From an uncultured Veillonella sp. (GTDB lineage Bacteria; Bacillota; Negativicutes; Veillonellales; Veillonellaceae), in the NCBI GenBank assembly GCA_963521235.1, contig CAUQUX010000001.1, positions 1-34,742 of the forward strand: a DNA stretch of 34,742 nucleotides, read 5' to 3'. The position numbers were made by a program, and so were the translations under genes. Under the pieces are notes generated by a model that had not been told where the DNA came from, did not search any database, and saw only the letters and a list, made by a program, of their open reading frames with translations. This document shows, piece by piece, positions 1 to 8,876 of this stretch. How positions within the stretch are numbered: position 1 is the first letter of the stretch; each line of letters starts with the position of its first letter.

Positions 1-1054
1 TTCCCCCTTGGATAATCAAGCCCCCAAAAGCCTCCCCGAAGCATATGTACCAGGCATTTTCATTAGAGAAATCAAATCTAACTCCTTTGGATTTTAGCAA
101 GCTCGTTACATCCACGTTTACCTCTCCAATAAGCGCCTTTACAACCGATAATGTAGGCGCCAACAAGGTATTAGAGTCGGATTTATTGTTAGTGATTAGT
201 TTAACCAATTCAGTAACATCACCTTTAGTTACATTAATTCCCTCGTTATGTTTAGCAATACCTGTGATGACGTTATCCCAATCAGCATGATATTGCCAAC
301 TAGACCAGGTGTTGTAGAACACACGAGTTGCTTGTTTAATTGCCTTGCCTTGGCCGTACGAGTAAAACGTTTGTGTGATGACGTTACCCTCTGTTTTCGT
401 AACGTGAATCTGCCCATATGGATAGATTTTACTGGATGATGGTGCATTGCTCCAACCAAGAACACCTGCGTTGCACTCGTAGATGCCAGGCTTAGTAAGG
501 TCGTTCCAATTACGAATGTTACTTGGAATGGTTGTGCCTCCTGCGTATCTATCTAAATTGTGAGCGCTCTCATTGTTGTTATGCGCTGTAATCTTTGCAT
601 CTACTTGTTGCTCGTTCATGCCTTCATGTAACGTCACATTGCAAGTTACTTGTTGCGCATTACTGAACCCAAATGCCACATTCATATTTTGGCGATAGAT
701 AGCTTGACCATTCACCACTGGCAATGTGGATGGGTCTTCATCTTTCATAATTGAGTAGAGTATTAATTGACCTCGTTTATCTCTAGCGTAAAAGCCAATC
801 TCACGCATGACAATTGGTGATTGAATGGATTCGTTCGAGATTCTAAACCGAACTAAGCATTCGGTATTATCTTGCGTGATTCCAGCAATCTGTAATTTCA
901 ATTTCTTTGCGCCTAGGTTGTTGGCTGTTTCCACATTGCTAACATTGCCATCCCCTAGCCAAATTTCTTCAATATGAAGCTTTAATTCATTTGCCATAAC
1001 GGATGCTTGTAATTGCTTGCCTACATTCGTTAGATAGGCTTGACTCCACGCCAT
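1..1054 (-). CDS. Tail fibre protein, 3'-partial (absent from the ORF track)
   Basis: Manual translation from ATG 1054 (RBS AAGGAGG) is open for 351 codons to the window edge: MAWSQAYLTNVGKQLQA...MREIGFYA (fibre N-terminus), NWNDLTKPGIY...NAP...WSSW (knob-like), ...FGGLIIQGG; follows the baseplate genes. Confidence 0.9.
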   Translation of the reverse strand, partial: MAWSQAYLTNVGKQLQASVMANELKLHIEEIWLGDGNVSNVETANNLGAKKLKLQIAGITQDNTECLVRFRISNESIQSPIVMREIGFYARDKRGQLILYSIMKDEDPSTLPVVNGQAIYRQNMNVAFGFSNAQQVTCNVTLHEGMNEQQVDAKITAHNNNESAHNLDRYAGGTTIPSNIRNWNDLTKPGIYECNAGVLGWSNAPSSSKIYPYGQIHVTKTEGNVITQTFYSYGQGKAIKQATRVFYNTWSSWQYHADWDNVITGIAKHNEGINVTKGDVTELVKLITNNKSDSNTLLAPTLSVVKALIGEVNVDVTSLLKSKGVRFDFSNENAWYICFGEAFGGLIIQGG

Positions 1055-1057
1055 TTG

Positions 1058-1687
1058 TTACCTCCTTGTGATTTCAATTGTGGTACTTGCAAGAGCACCA
1101 CCATTATAAATGGTAGTTGAAATATCATAATTTCTTGGTTTAAGAATGGTTATTTCCTTATCAACTAGATATAATCCACCGCCAACATTCAATTTTGTTT
1201 GAGTTTTATCTTCTACTAACGTTTTTAGTAGTAAATTCTTAGGAACGATTGGTTCCGCATAATTAATCACTTCGCCAGATCGTTCACGCATTTCTTTACT
1301 TAAAATAAACCAAATTTCATAGAGATTTTCGTTCAAATCCACACCAACAGCACCACGACCAAATGTGGCATCAAGCATTTCTTGAAGTTTCTCCACCGTA
1401 TAAGGTCGTGTGCCCGCCAATAGTCGTAGTATGCGATTGCGCCTATCCTCAATGGTGTCAGTATCTTGCGGTAGTACCTCAAGTATCCACTCCCAATGCG
1501 ACAATCCGAGCTCACCCATGGTAGGAATGAACTGATTATCTAGTAAATCTGCCATGATTTCCCATAAGAGTATAAACTCAGGATTCTCTACACGCATAAT
1601 TTCTTGCATATCCCGACTGTCACGGCTAACAGGTGGTAGGAACTGCGAAATATCAATATCGTTACGTCTGTATTCCATATTAGCCAC
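1058..1687 (-). CDS. Baseplate/tail protein, XkdU/YmfQ (DUF2313)-like
   Basis: GLSHWEWILEV...DTIEDRRNRI and IVPKNL motifs; directly after baseplate J. Confidence 0.85.
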   Translation of the reverse strand: MANMEYRRNDIDISQFLPPVSRDSRDMQEIMRVENPEFILLWEIMADLLDNQFIPTMGELGLSHWEWILEVLPQDTDTIEDRRNRILRLLAGTRPYTVEKLQEMLDATFGRGAVGVDLNENLYEIWFILSKEMRERSGEVINYAEPIVPKNLLLKTLVEDKTQTKLNVGGGLYLVDKEITILKPRNYDISTTIYNGGALASTTIEITRR

Positions 1688-2758
1688 CTATGTTAATGTT
1701 AAGCGACCAACGGTAGGGATTTGATGTGCTTCAAGCAATAACTTATCACTTCTACCATCGATTGTGACGGAATCGACATCAATGACATTAGGGAGTTTTA
1801 GGATTTCAGCCACGATATAAGCGGTTCGAACTGTGTCACGACCTCTATCGTCATTCTCTCCCCAACCTTTACGAATCCCTAGCAAGTAGGATTCTATCGC
1901 CTTTGTGGCGATTGGCTGTAAATCTTGAGATGTTCTTCCTCCGCTCAATGTTACTCTTGCGTTAATCGTGAGTGGCGCTGATTCTGCACTAACCACCGTT
2001 ACAGTATGACCAATTGGCGCGATGCCATACCCTTTGCCTTGTGGTACAGGGTCAATTTTATTTTGAACCAATTTAATGAGTTCAGAATCTGCAGCGCCGT
2101 ACTCGCTGTTGGTAACGACAAGTTTGACGGTACCACCACCATTCCAACATCGATACACTTTAACACCACCAACACCAGGGATAGCAAGCACCTTTTCTTT
2201 GTAATCAGCACCATTTCCTCCATAGGCCTTAGATTTTAACGCCTCAAAGTATCTTTTACGGAATACTTCGGTGTCTTCTTCATCTTCGCCTGGAGTTATG
2301 ATTTTTACGATTTCTGCACTTGTAAGCCCGTTTACAGGAACTACAGGGGTAACATATCCAATGCATCCATTGGCACCACGTCCACGTGTCTCACAGCGCA
2401 TTTTATACCTATGGTTGGCATCATCAATCACTTCATCAACGATAAAATTGTATTCTTCAAAATTAAAACGACTTCCTAAAGGGACTGGGGCATTGAATTT
2501 ACCCTCTACCTCTGCAAAAGTCGCTTCTTCTGGATATATGTTAAACTCCGAGGCTCGTAATTTCAAGAACGCACGGCTCGCCGTTTTGGCGAATGTTTCT
2601 TTTAAAATCACATCGGCCATAATATAGAGTTCAGCAAGTTCAATAGATGCTGGAGCCGTTGCATCGTAAATGATTGACCCCTCACGCCTATCGAATGCAT
2701 GATTGACCCTACCAAGCATGCGCTGTTCAATTTTGTCAGCCGTCATATGCTCATACAA
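1688..2758 (-). CDS. Baseplate J-like protein (XkdT-like)
   Basis: DRREGSIIYDA, GEDEEDTE, GGNGADY, WNGGGTVK and APIGHTVTV motifs. Confidence 0.93.
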   Translation of the reverse strand: MYEHMTADKIEQRMLGRVNHAFDRREGSIIYDATAPASIELAELYIMADVILKETFAKTASRAFLKLRASEFNIYPEEATFAEVEGKFNAPVPLGSRFNFEEYNFIVDEVIDDANHRYKMRCETRGRGANGCIGYVTPVVPVNGLTSAEIVKIITPGEDEEDTEVFRKRYFEALKSKAYGGNGADYKEKVLAIPGVGGVKVYRCWNGGGTVKLVVTNSEYGAADSELIKLVQNKIDPVPQGKGYGIAPIGHTVTVVSAESAPLTINARVTLSGGRTSQDLQPIATKAIESYLLGIRKGWGENDDRGRDTVRTAYIVAEILKLPNVIDVDSVTIDGRSDKLLLEAHQIPTVGRLTLT

Positions 2759-3167
2759 CGTTAATCAGCTCCTTCCTCAAGTCTGTAATAGTACCGTAGA
2801 TAGTATCTACGCTGAACATGGTGAATACATCTCCTTGATTATGTCCAAACTCAAACCCATACACATCTTTTATACGATCGTCAGCCAACAACGCCTCTGT
2901 AATGCGCCGCTGTAACTCTGCGTATACATAAGGTATTGGTTGGCCAAATAGGTCTTGTAGTTCAATCCCATAATTCCAACTGTAAATGATGTATTCGTAC
3001 CGTTCAGTGTTAATAATCTTATAGATAGCTTGTTTCATCGCTTCTAATTCATCTGTAAACCCTCTAATTTGACTATCTCTAGCATAATCAAGAGCGTACG
3101 TATAACTAGGTTGATGCGCAATGGTAACATCAGCTATCGTTTCATTAGGCGTCAATTTATCACTCAT
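2751..3167 (-). CDS. Baseplate wedge protein, XkdS/DUF2634-like
   Basis: EAMKQAIYKIINTERY.Y.IYSWNYGIEL...EALLADDRI. Confidence 0.9.
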   Translation of the reverse strand: MSDKLTPNETIADVTIAHQPSYTYALDYARDSQIRGFTDELEAMKQAIYKIINTERYEYIIYSWNYGIELQDLFGQPIPYVYAELQRRITEALLADDRIKDVYGFEFGHNQGDVFTMFSVDTIYGTITDLRKELINVV

Positions 3168-3577
3168 TTAGTCGTGCACCCCCTATTTGGATTATACCAA
3201 CGGTCAAGCACGATATAGCGCTGTCCGCCACTCTCTTGAATTAGTATTGCCTTATCCCCTACCTTGAGTGAGTTATGGATAAGGAACTTTTTTCTGCCTA
3301 CATAATCGTGATTATGACTTTGGTATTCTGCTGCACCAACGCCTCCAGCACGATTTTCTGTAACGTGGTCAACACTTATTTCTGCCGTCCAATCAGTGGT
3401 ATTTTTGGTAAATACTAGGTTGCTTTCAGGGATGATAATTTTAGGGTCTACCTGAATTTGATAAGGGCTAGTGCTTATCACTTCCCCTATCACAATATCA
3501 CTCATGACGTAGGCGTTCATGGTGTCAGTGACCAACGTTTTGAAAGTGTCCACTAGTTTATTAAAATCATTCTCCAT
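3164..3577 (-). CDS. XkdR/DUF2577-like baseplate spike protein
   Basis: IGEVISTSP, SHNH, LKVGDK...GGQRYIVLDR; position in the tail operon. Confidence 0.85.
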   Translation of the reverse strand: MENDFNKLVDTFKTLVTDTMNAYVMSDIVIGEVISTSPYQIQVDPKIIIPESNLVFTKNTTDWTAEISVDHVTENRAGGVGAAEYQSHNHDYVGRKKFLIHNSLKVGDKAILIQESGGQRYIVLDRWYNPNRGCTTK

Positions 3578-3578
3578 G

Positions 3579-5081
3579 TTACCCCATCCTTATCACTTTG
3601 GTAGGAGCTTCACCATTACCCCATGCGTAATTCACATCACCATATCTCATAGCATAACCACGGCTTGAACTATTACCAAATCCACCGCCTGCACCATCTG
3701 CTATAATGACATGATCGTTATTGCCATATACGAGTAAGTCACCTTTGTTGGCATAGCCATTGAAGGATTCGACTTTATACCCTTTAGCCTTTAATGAACT
3801 TTCAAGCGTGTCAACATCTGCCACGCCTCTATCGGCCAATTCCTTGAGGTCTTTGTTATAGTACGAACCAGTTTTTACAGCTACGTCTACACAACCGACT
3901 TCACCATATTGTGAGGCCATGCCCTCATTTGCTTTGAATCCGTAATCCACTTGATTTGGGTTAACTCCTGTCACCGCATTACCTCCGCCGTGCTTCGATT
4001 TCTGCTCCGCTGCTTTAATCTGCTCAACGGCTTTTGCATCTTCATCTTTGGCGACTTCATATTTTGCTGGGTCGCCTTGATAGTACACATCAAGGTCCAT
4101 GGAATGGTAACCATGCTTGAATGTATGTGTTACTGATTCCACCATAACGTAATTATCTACCACAATATCACCTAGATTCTTCTTGAGGTATAACAAGGTG
4201 CCACCACGTACCCTAACATCGCCAATGACATTCTTGATCCTAATTTCACGTGTTTTGCGGTTCTTTAGGCTTATAATTCGCTTGGCTCTATCAACTGCGT
4301 TCGTCACCTTATCATCTGGCATCATAAGATACTGCAACCGTCCCCATTTCTTGATGTTTTCGTCATCTTTTAAAATGGCGGTAGTTACTAACTTCTTAGA
4401 ATCACCATCTGGTACGTTACGCACTATCTTTACTTGATTGTACGTATCTTTATCGATAGATGTTTTATAGTCGATATTTTCCATCACGTCATCGTCAATG
4501 AAGATGTCAGTTTTCATAGATTCCAAGGACTTTAGCATAAGTTTCCCTTTGTCATCGTATAGATGGTAAAGGTCATGCTTTGGTGTGTTGATTACCGTTT
4601 GTTCTAAGGCATACATAATGATGTCAACGAGGGTTTTATTCTTCTCTACACGCATTGGAGTCGAGGGAATAACGTACTGCGTATTGTCGAGTTCACCGAC
4701 TTGTAAGCCAAAGTCCGTGGCTATCATTTTAACCAAATTGGTGGCGGTGATACCGCCGTATACGTAACAATCCTTGTTCTTCAAATATCGTAATTGGTCG
4801 TAGGCTGTAACACTGATTACACCGCTTTTGTCCCGCGATTTCTCAAACACGTTGCCAACGAATACAATATCGTCATTGAGTTTGAATTGAACTGCATTAC
4901 CTTCTTCAAATTGCAAGATACCATCTGTCATTACTTTGAAAGTCATTTTAGAGGGAATGCCGTCAATTCCTCTTGTGACTTGCACTCCCTCTAAAGGGTC
5001 TACTAGGTATTGATCATTGCCATTCCTTATGATGAGTTGGTATCGATACGGTACTGGCATTGCCATTTGAGTAACCATCAT
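3579..5081 (-). CDS. XkdQ/YqbQ-like baseplate hub protein with C-terminal NlpC/P60-like hydrolase domain
   Basis: TAYDQLRYLKNKD and YKTSIDKDTYNQVK hub motifs; C-terminal GCVD...GDLLVYGNNDHVII. Confidence 0.88.
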   Translation of the reverse strand: MMVTQMAMPVPYRYQLIIRNGNDQYLVDPLEGVQVTRGIDGIPSKMTFKVMTDGILQFEEGNAVQFKLNDDIVFVGNVFEKSRDKSGVISVTAYDQLRYLKNKDCYVYGGITATNLVKMIATDFGLQVGELDNTQYVIPSTPMRVEKNKTLVDIIMYALEQTVINTPKHDLYHLYDDKGKLMLKSLESMKTDIFIDDDVMENIDYKTSIDKDTYNQVKIVRNVPDGDSKKLVTTAILKDDENIKKWGRLQYLMMPDDKVTNAVDRAKRIISLKNRKTREIRIKNVIGDVRVRGGTLLYLKKNLGDIVVDNYVMVESVTHTFKHGYHSMDLDVYYQGDPAKYEVAKDEDAKAVEQIKAAEQKSKHGGGNAVTGVNPNQVDYGFKANEGMASQYGEVGCVDVAVKTGSYYNKDLKELADRGVADVDTLESSLKAKGYKVESFNGYANKGDLLVYGNNDHVIIADGAGGGFGNSSSRGYAMRYGDVNYAWGNGEAPTKVIRMG

Positions 5082-5743
5082 TTACCTTCTTTCAACTGAA
5101 TAACTTGACCAACCGCAAGTACAGCAGGAACTGCAACCTTATTGAGCGATGCAATGGCGAATAGATTGTTAGTGTTGCCAAATTCACGCTTTACAATTTG
5201 TTGTAAGGTGTTACCTTGTTTTACCTTAGCCGTTTGATTGGGCTCTTTATCGGATGGTCTATTAGACGTGACCGTGCCTTTTACATTGCCCTTTTCATCT
5301 GTTTCAACAGCTAGTTTCTTGGAGCCCCAATCTTTCCATTGCTTGAGCTTAATAGGCACTTCACAATCAATGCCTAATTCGTGAGATTCCTCGATTGAGT
5401 AATCCTCAAGAGTCACCTTAGTATTGGTCATACTAAGCATGTTACCCTTTTCACTCATTCGTACTACGATAAACTGAAAAGGCTTTTTCTCTTGCTTAAA
5501 TCGCTTAAGTTTGTCCAGGTAATACTCCGCCTTTTTCGATTTCATAATAAGCGATTGATTGAAAGGGTAATCGTTGTTAGGTAGTAGGATTTTAAATGAC
5601 CAATCTGTCAGCCCTGGCGGCTTAACGATGTTAACCTCTCCAGCGCCTATCAAATCAATGGTTTCGTTCTTCCCATTAATGGATGTAGTCATCGAAGGTG
5701 GTGGAATTGGTATCTGTATTGAGTTCAAGAAGAAATAATACAT
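5078..5743 (-). CDS. XkdP-like tail protein with C-terminal LysM
   Basis: N-terminal MYYFFL..IQIPIPP; C-terminal VKQGNTLQQIV...IASLN...GQVI; follows the tape measure gene. Confidence 0.88.
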   Translation of the reverse strand: MYYFFLNSIQIPIPPPSMTTSINGKNETIDLIGAGEVNIVKPPGLTDWSFKILLPNNDYPFNQSLIMKSKKAEYYLDKLKRFKQEKKPFQFIVVRMSEKGNMLSMTNTKVTLEDYSIEESHELGIDCEVPIKLKQWKDWGSKKLAVETDEKGNVKGTVTSNRPSDKEPNQTAKVKQGNTLQQIVKREFGNTNNLFAIASLNKVAVPAVLAVGQVIQLKEGK

Positions 5744-7761
5744 TACATCGCCACCCCTTCCCGTTTCATACCAACAGCATTACGAATGCCGTCGAGCAAC
5801 TTGGATGTTACTCCATCTAATTCCATTTCATTAGATATATTGTTATCCATATCAACATTCACGATGACGTGAGACTGATTGAATTGGTTGAGCGCTGATT
5901 GAACCGCACTCTCACGAAGTTCCTTGATTTCATCCGCCGTCATCTCAACTGCATCTGCCGTCCGTTTTGTATGGTGAGCTGTTTTTCGACCTGCTTTAGA
6001 ATCTTTTGGAGTCCCGTCTTTATGCGTCGGAATTTCACCTATTTTCTTTGCATCAAAATCAGGAATTTTAATTTGTGGCATTTCAAAGTTAAATAAATTT
6101 TCTCCCATCTTATAGCCAGACTCTGCATAATCCATTTGACTTACATAATCCATCTTTCCAAGTAGTGTAGTTTCGCCTCCTGCAATAGCCTTACGCTCTA
6201 TATGAAGCGCTCCAGCATTAACCGTGGTGTCGCCTATGATTTTATCCATACCTGGAATTTTCTTAATCAAGGAAAGCGCCGAGTTCACCGCTTGGCCAAT
6301 CAAATCTACAATGTCATTCCAAATATCTGCAAATAGGTTATAAGTTGCATTTAATGGGTCATTGAATACATTCCCAAGGAAGTTAGCAAATATTGCAATC
6401 CTGTTCCATACGAATGCGATCCCATTACGAATGCCTCCCCATAGCCAAGCGAACGCACCGAATATCAACCCTGTGGCACTAATTGAAGTACCCGCGAAAT
6501 AGTTCACCGCCGATACTGCCAAATAGAACACGCCAATTAAAGCGATGATACCACCAACAATCCACGTAATAGGACATGCATATAGCGCTGCATTAAGTCC
6601 CTCTTGAGCATATGTCTCCGCTATTTTAGCAGCAGTTGACGCCCATGTAGCTACCGTTGCAGCTGCTGTTGATGCCATCATTACCGCCGTATTAGCTGCT
6701 GAAATTAAGGTCATCGTTGCATAATAAGTGAGCACTCCCACAGCAATTCCGAATGCCACCTCCACAATTCCAAAGTTTTCACTTAGGAAATCACTGACTG
6801 CACCGAATGCTGTGGTAATTCCTGACATCGCCCACTCTGCTACTCCTACAAGCCAATAGAAGAACGGAGCTACATATTCTATGGCATTGGCTATACCGTC
6901 AAATATCCTACCCATGACTTCACTGTTACCAAGGTCTTTTAATCTCTCAAATACTGGTGTAAATGCGTTGATAGCTCGGTTTTTTAACTCCGTCATATGG
7001 TCATCAAATGTCTTAGGCATTTTAGCAAATTGTGCTTCAATTTCTGGCATATTGTCCATAATCGACTTCTTAATTACTTCTGCTGTGACTGCACCCTCTG
7101 ACGCCAATTTCTTTAACTCACCACGGCTTACACCCATCGTTTTGGCAATCATATTCTCGATAATTGGCGCATTCTCTGCAATTGAACGGAACTCATCACC
7201 TTGTAACTGACCGCTTGCCATGCCTTGGGTTAATTGGAGCATGGCACTCTTTTGGCTAGCCTTGCTAGCACCACCAATGACGAATAATTTTTGAATCCCC
7301 TCCATAAAACTTACTGCTTCACGTGGATCAGGGAATGCATCATGCGCTGACATGGATAATTGAGCTGTTGCCTCTGCCATTTCCATGTAACCACCTCTAG
7401 CTCGTATAGCTGATTCGTAGATTTTTTCATTCAATGCAACAGCATTGCCTTGATCGTTTGTAATCAAATTTAACCGTGCTCGTATTGAGTTGAACTCGTT
7501 AGCGGTTTCATTTAATCCTGTAATTGCGCCTGTGACCATGCTAATACCTCGCATAGCCAAGTCTGCAAAGAAATTGCCCGTAAACGATGCAAGGAATCCA
7601 CCCCAACCGCTTTTAGCCGAGTTTGTGGCATTTATGAATTGTTGCATTTTGCCAGTCGCATTATTAGCGCCATTAGCAAGCTGTTGCATTCCATTTGCTG
7701 CACTTTGAGCAACCGCTGGAATATTGGTTGATAAGTTTATATAGTTTGTAATTGTTGCCAC
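5743..7761 (-). CDS. Tape measure protein
   Basis: Tape-measure motif QLTQGMASGQLQGDEFRSIAENAP; Ala/Gly-rich hydrophobic segments; GTG start with RBS AAAGGAGG. Confidence 0.95.
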   Translation of the reverse strand: MATITNYINLSTNIPAVAQSAANGMQQLANGANNATGKMQQFINATNSAKSGWGGFLASFTGNFFADLAMRGISMVTGAITGLNETANEFNSIRARLNLITNDQGNAVALNEKIYESAIRARGGYMEMAEATAQLSMSAHDAFPDPREAVSFMEGIQKLFVIGGASKASQKSAMLQLTQGMASGQLQGDEFRSIAENAPIIENMIAKTMGVSRGELKKLASEGAVTAEVIKKSIMDNMPEIEAQFAKMPKTFDDHMTELKNRAINAFTPVFERLKDLGNSEVMGRIFDGIANAIEYVAPFFYWLVGVAEWAMSGITTAFGAVSDFLSENFGIVEVAFGIAVGVLTYYATMTLISAANTAVMMASTAAATVATWASTAAKIAETYAQEGLNAALYACPITWIVGGIIALIGVFYLAVSAVNYFAGTSISATGLIFGAFAWLWGGIRNGIAFVWNRIAIFANFLGNVFNDPLNATYNLFADIWNDIVDLIGQAVNSALSLIKKIPGMDKIIGDTTVNAGALHIERKAIAGGETTLLGKMDYVSQMDYAESGYKMGENLFNFEMPQIKIPDFDAKKIGEIPTHKDGTPKDSKAGRKTAHHTKRTADAVEMTADEIKELRESAVQSALNQFNQSHVIVNVDMDNNISNEMELDGVTSKLLDGIRNAVGMKREGVAM

Positions 7762-7934
7762 TAGATTCCGCCTCCTTTCTGTGCTTTCCTCTCATCCTTG
7801 GCGTGTTGTTGCATAAATGCGTAAATACAAGCCCGTTCCTCTAAGTCCATGTTAATGAACTCAGAGGGACGGATGTTGTATTTTACAAATGCTACATAGG
7901 CGAGGTGTGTCTCACCGTCATTGGCGCTTAGGAG
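7761..7934 (-). CDS. -1 frame extension of the tail assembly chaperone (gpGT-like, 57 extra aa)
   Basis: Slippery A AAA AAC at 7940-7934; the -1 frame is open (LLSANDGETHLAYVAFVKYNIRPSEF...KGGGI) to a TAG that overlaps the tape measure GTG. Confidence 0.85.
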   Translation of the reverse strand, partial: LLSANDGETHLAYVAFVKYNIRPSEFINMDLEERACIYAFMQQHAKDERKAQKGGGI

Positions 7935-8359
7935 TTTTTTACTTCTTTAACCTTATCCTTAAAGCCAGTTTCAAAGCCTTGCGCCTCTTGGATGGCACGT
8001 GTTAAATCTGTTAACTCACCACCATTTAACATAGCTTTAACGAGGTCTAACTCGTTGGATACTCCCCAAGAGTTTTGTAATTCCATATCATCCAATGTTG
8101 GGAATACAATCGTACGGACTAGCAATTCATCTGTAAATGCTGTCAAATCCATGCGCTCTTCGGCGGTACGTGTGCCAGGCTCGTATACTTTTTTAGTAAA
8201 ACGAGCACGTAACTTGTCTAATTCCTTATTAGTTAATACACGGATGCGCCATACGATTGGGTCACCATTCTCATCTGTAAATCGTTTGGATGCCACATAT
8301 TCTACTTCCGTTACAATCTTGGCATTTTGCTTAAAAAAGCCTTTTAATGTTTCAACCAT
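7928..8359 (-). CDS. Tail assembly chaperone, XkdN-like
   Basis: SKRF.DENG.PI.W, PTLDDMELQNSWGV and terminal EVKN motifs; lies between tube and tape measure genes. Confidence 0.92.
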   Translation of the reverse strand: MVETLKGFFKQNAKIVTEVEYVASKRFTDENGDPIVWRIRVLTNKELDKLRARFTKKVYEPGTRTAEERMDLTAFTDELLVRTIVFPTLDDMELQNSWGVSNELDLVKAMLNGGELTDLTRAIQEAQGFETGFKDKVKEVKNS

Positions 8360-8368
8360 TTCTTCCTC

Positions 8369-8866
8369 CTATGCATTCATTCCATCTAATTCTTTAAAGT
8401 GTGTAACGTATCGAACACTTTCAAATGTAAATGCTAACTCATCTTCAAGCCATTTCCCATCCGCATCAAAATCGGCTACTGGTGTAACGTCTAAGTTACA
8501 GCCAACTAAAATAACAGAACGAGGTCCCGCATTTGATGTCGGGTCAAGATTTGTAACTTGCATATCAAAATACGTATCTACACCTGTTTTAATCAACTTT
8601 TCAATCATTTCATCAAATAAGGATGTATTCTTATAAATCGTAAGTTTGCCCGTGCCTTCTAAGGACGTTGTTTTATTGCCTTTCAACATGCGCCCTAAAA
8701 TAGCAACTTGATCCTTTTTCTTTTTAACTTCCGCCTTTAAATTCTTGGCTTGAAATAATAACTTGCGTTTATTATTGGCAATGACGTAACATGTCGCCAA
8801 TTTAGCGCTGATAACATCACTAGCATTCATTGTGCCAACTGAATTAAAAGTAGTTTCTTCTGCCAT
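8369..8866 (-). CDS. Tail tube protein, XkdM-like
   Basis: GTGKLTIY...YFDMQVTNLDPTS..G...FTFE; follows the sheath gene. Confidence 0.92.
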   Translation of the reverse strand: MAEETTFNSVGTMNASDVISAKLATCYVIANNKRKLLFQAKNLKAEVKKKKDQVAILGRMLKGNKTTSLEGTGKLTIYKNTSLFDEMIEKLIKTGVDTYFDMQVTNLDPTSNAGPRSVILVGCNLDVTPVADFDADGKWLEDELAFTFESVRYVTHFKELDGMNA

Positions 8867-8876
8867 CTGTTACCTC

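Noticed and set aside
1..1054. Diversity-generating retroelement acting on the tail fibre
   Set aside because: No reverse transcriptase or TR/VR pair in the window; the fibre tip lies outside it
7992..8636. Long + strand ORFs such as 7992-8636, 17654-18103 and 18466-18864
   Set aside because: Antisense shadows of well-supported minus-strand genes, with no convincing RBS or motifs
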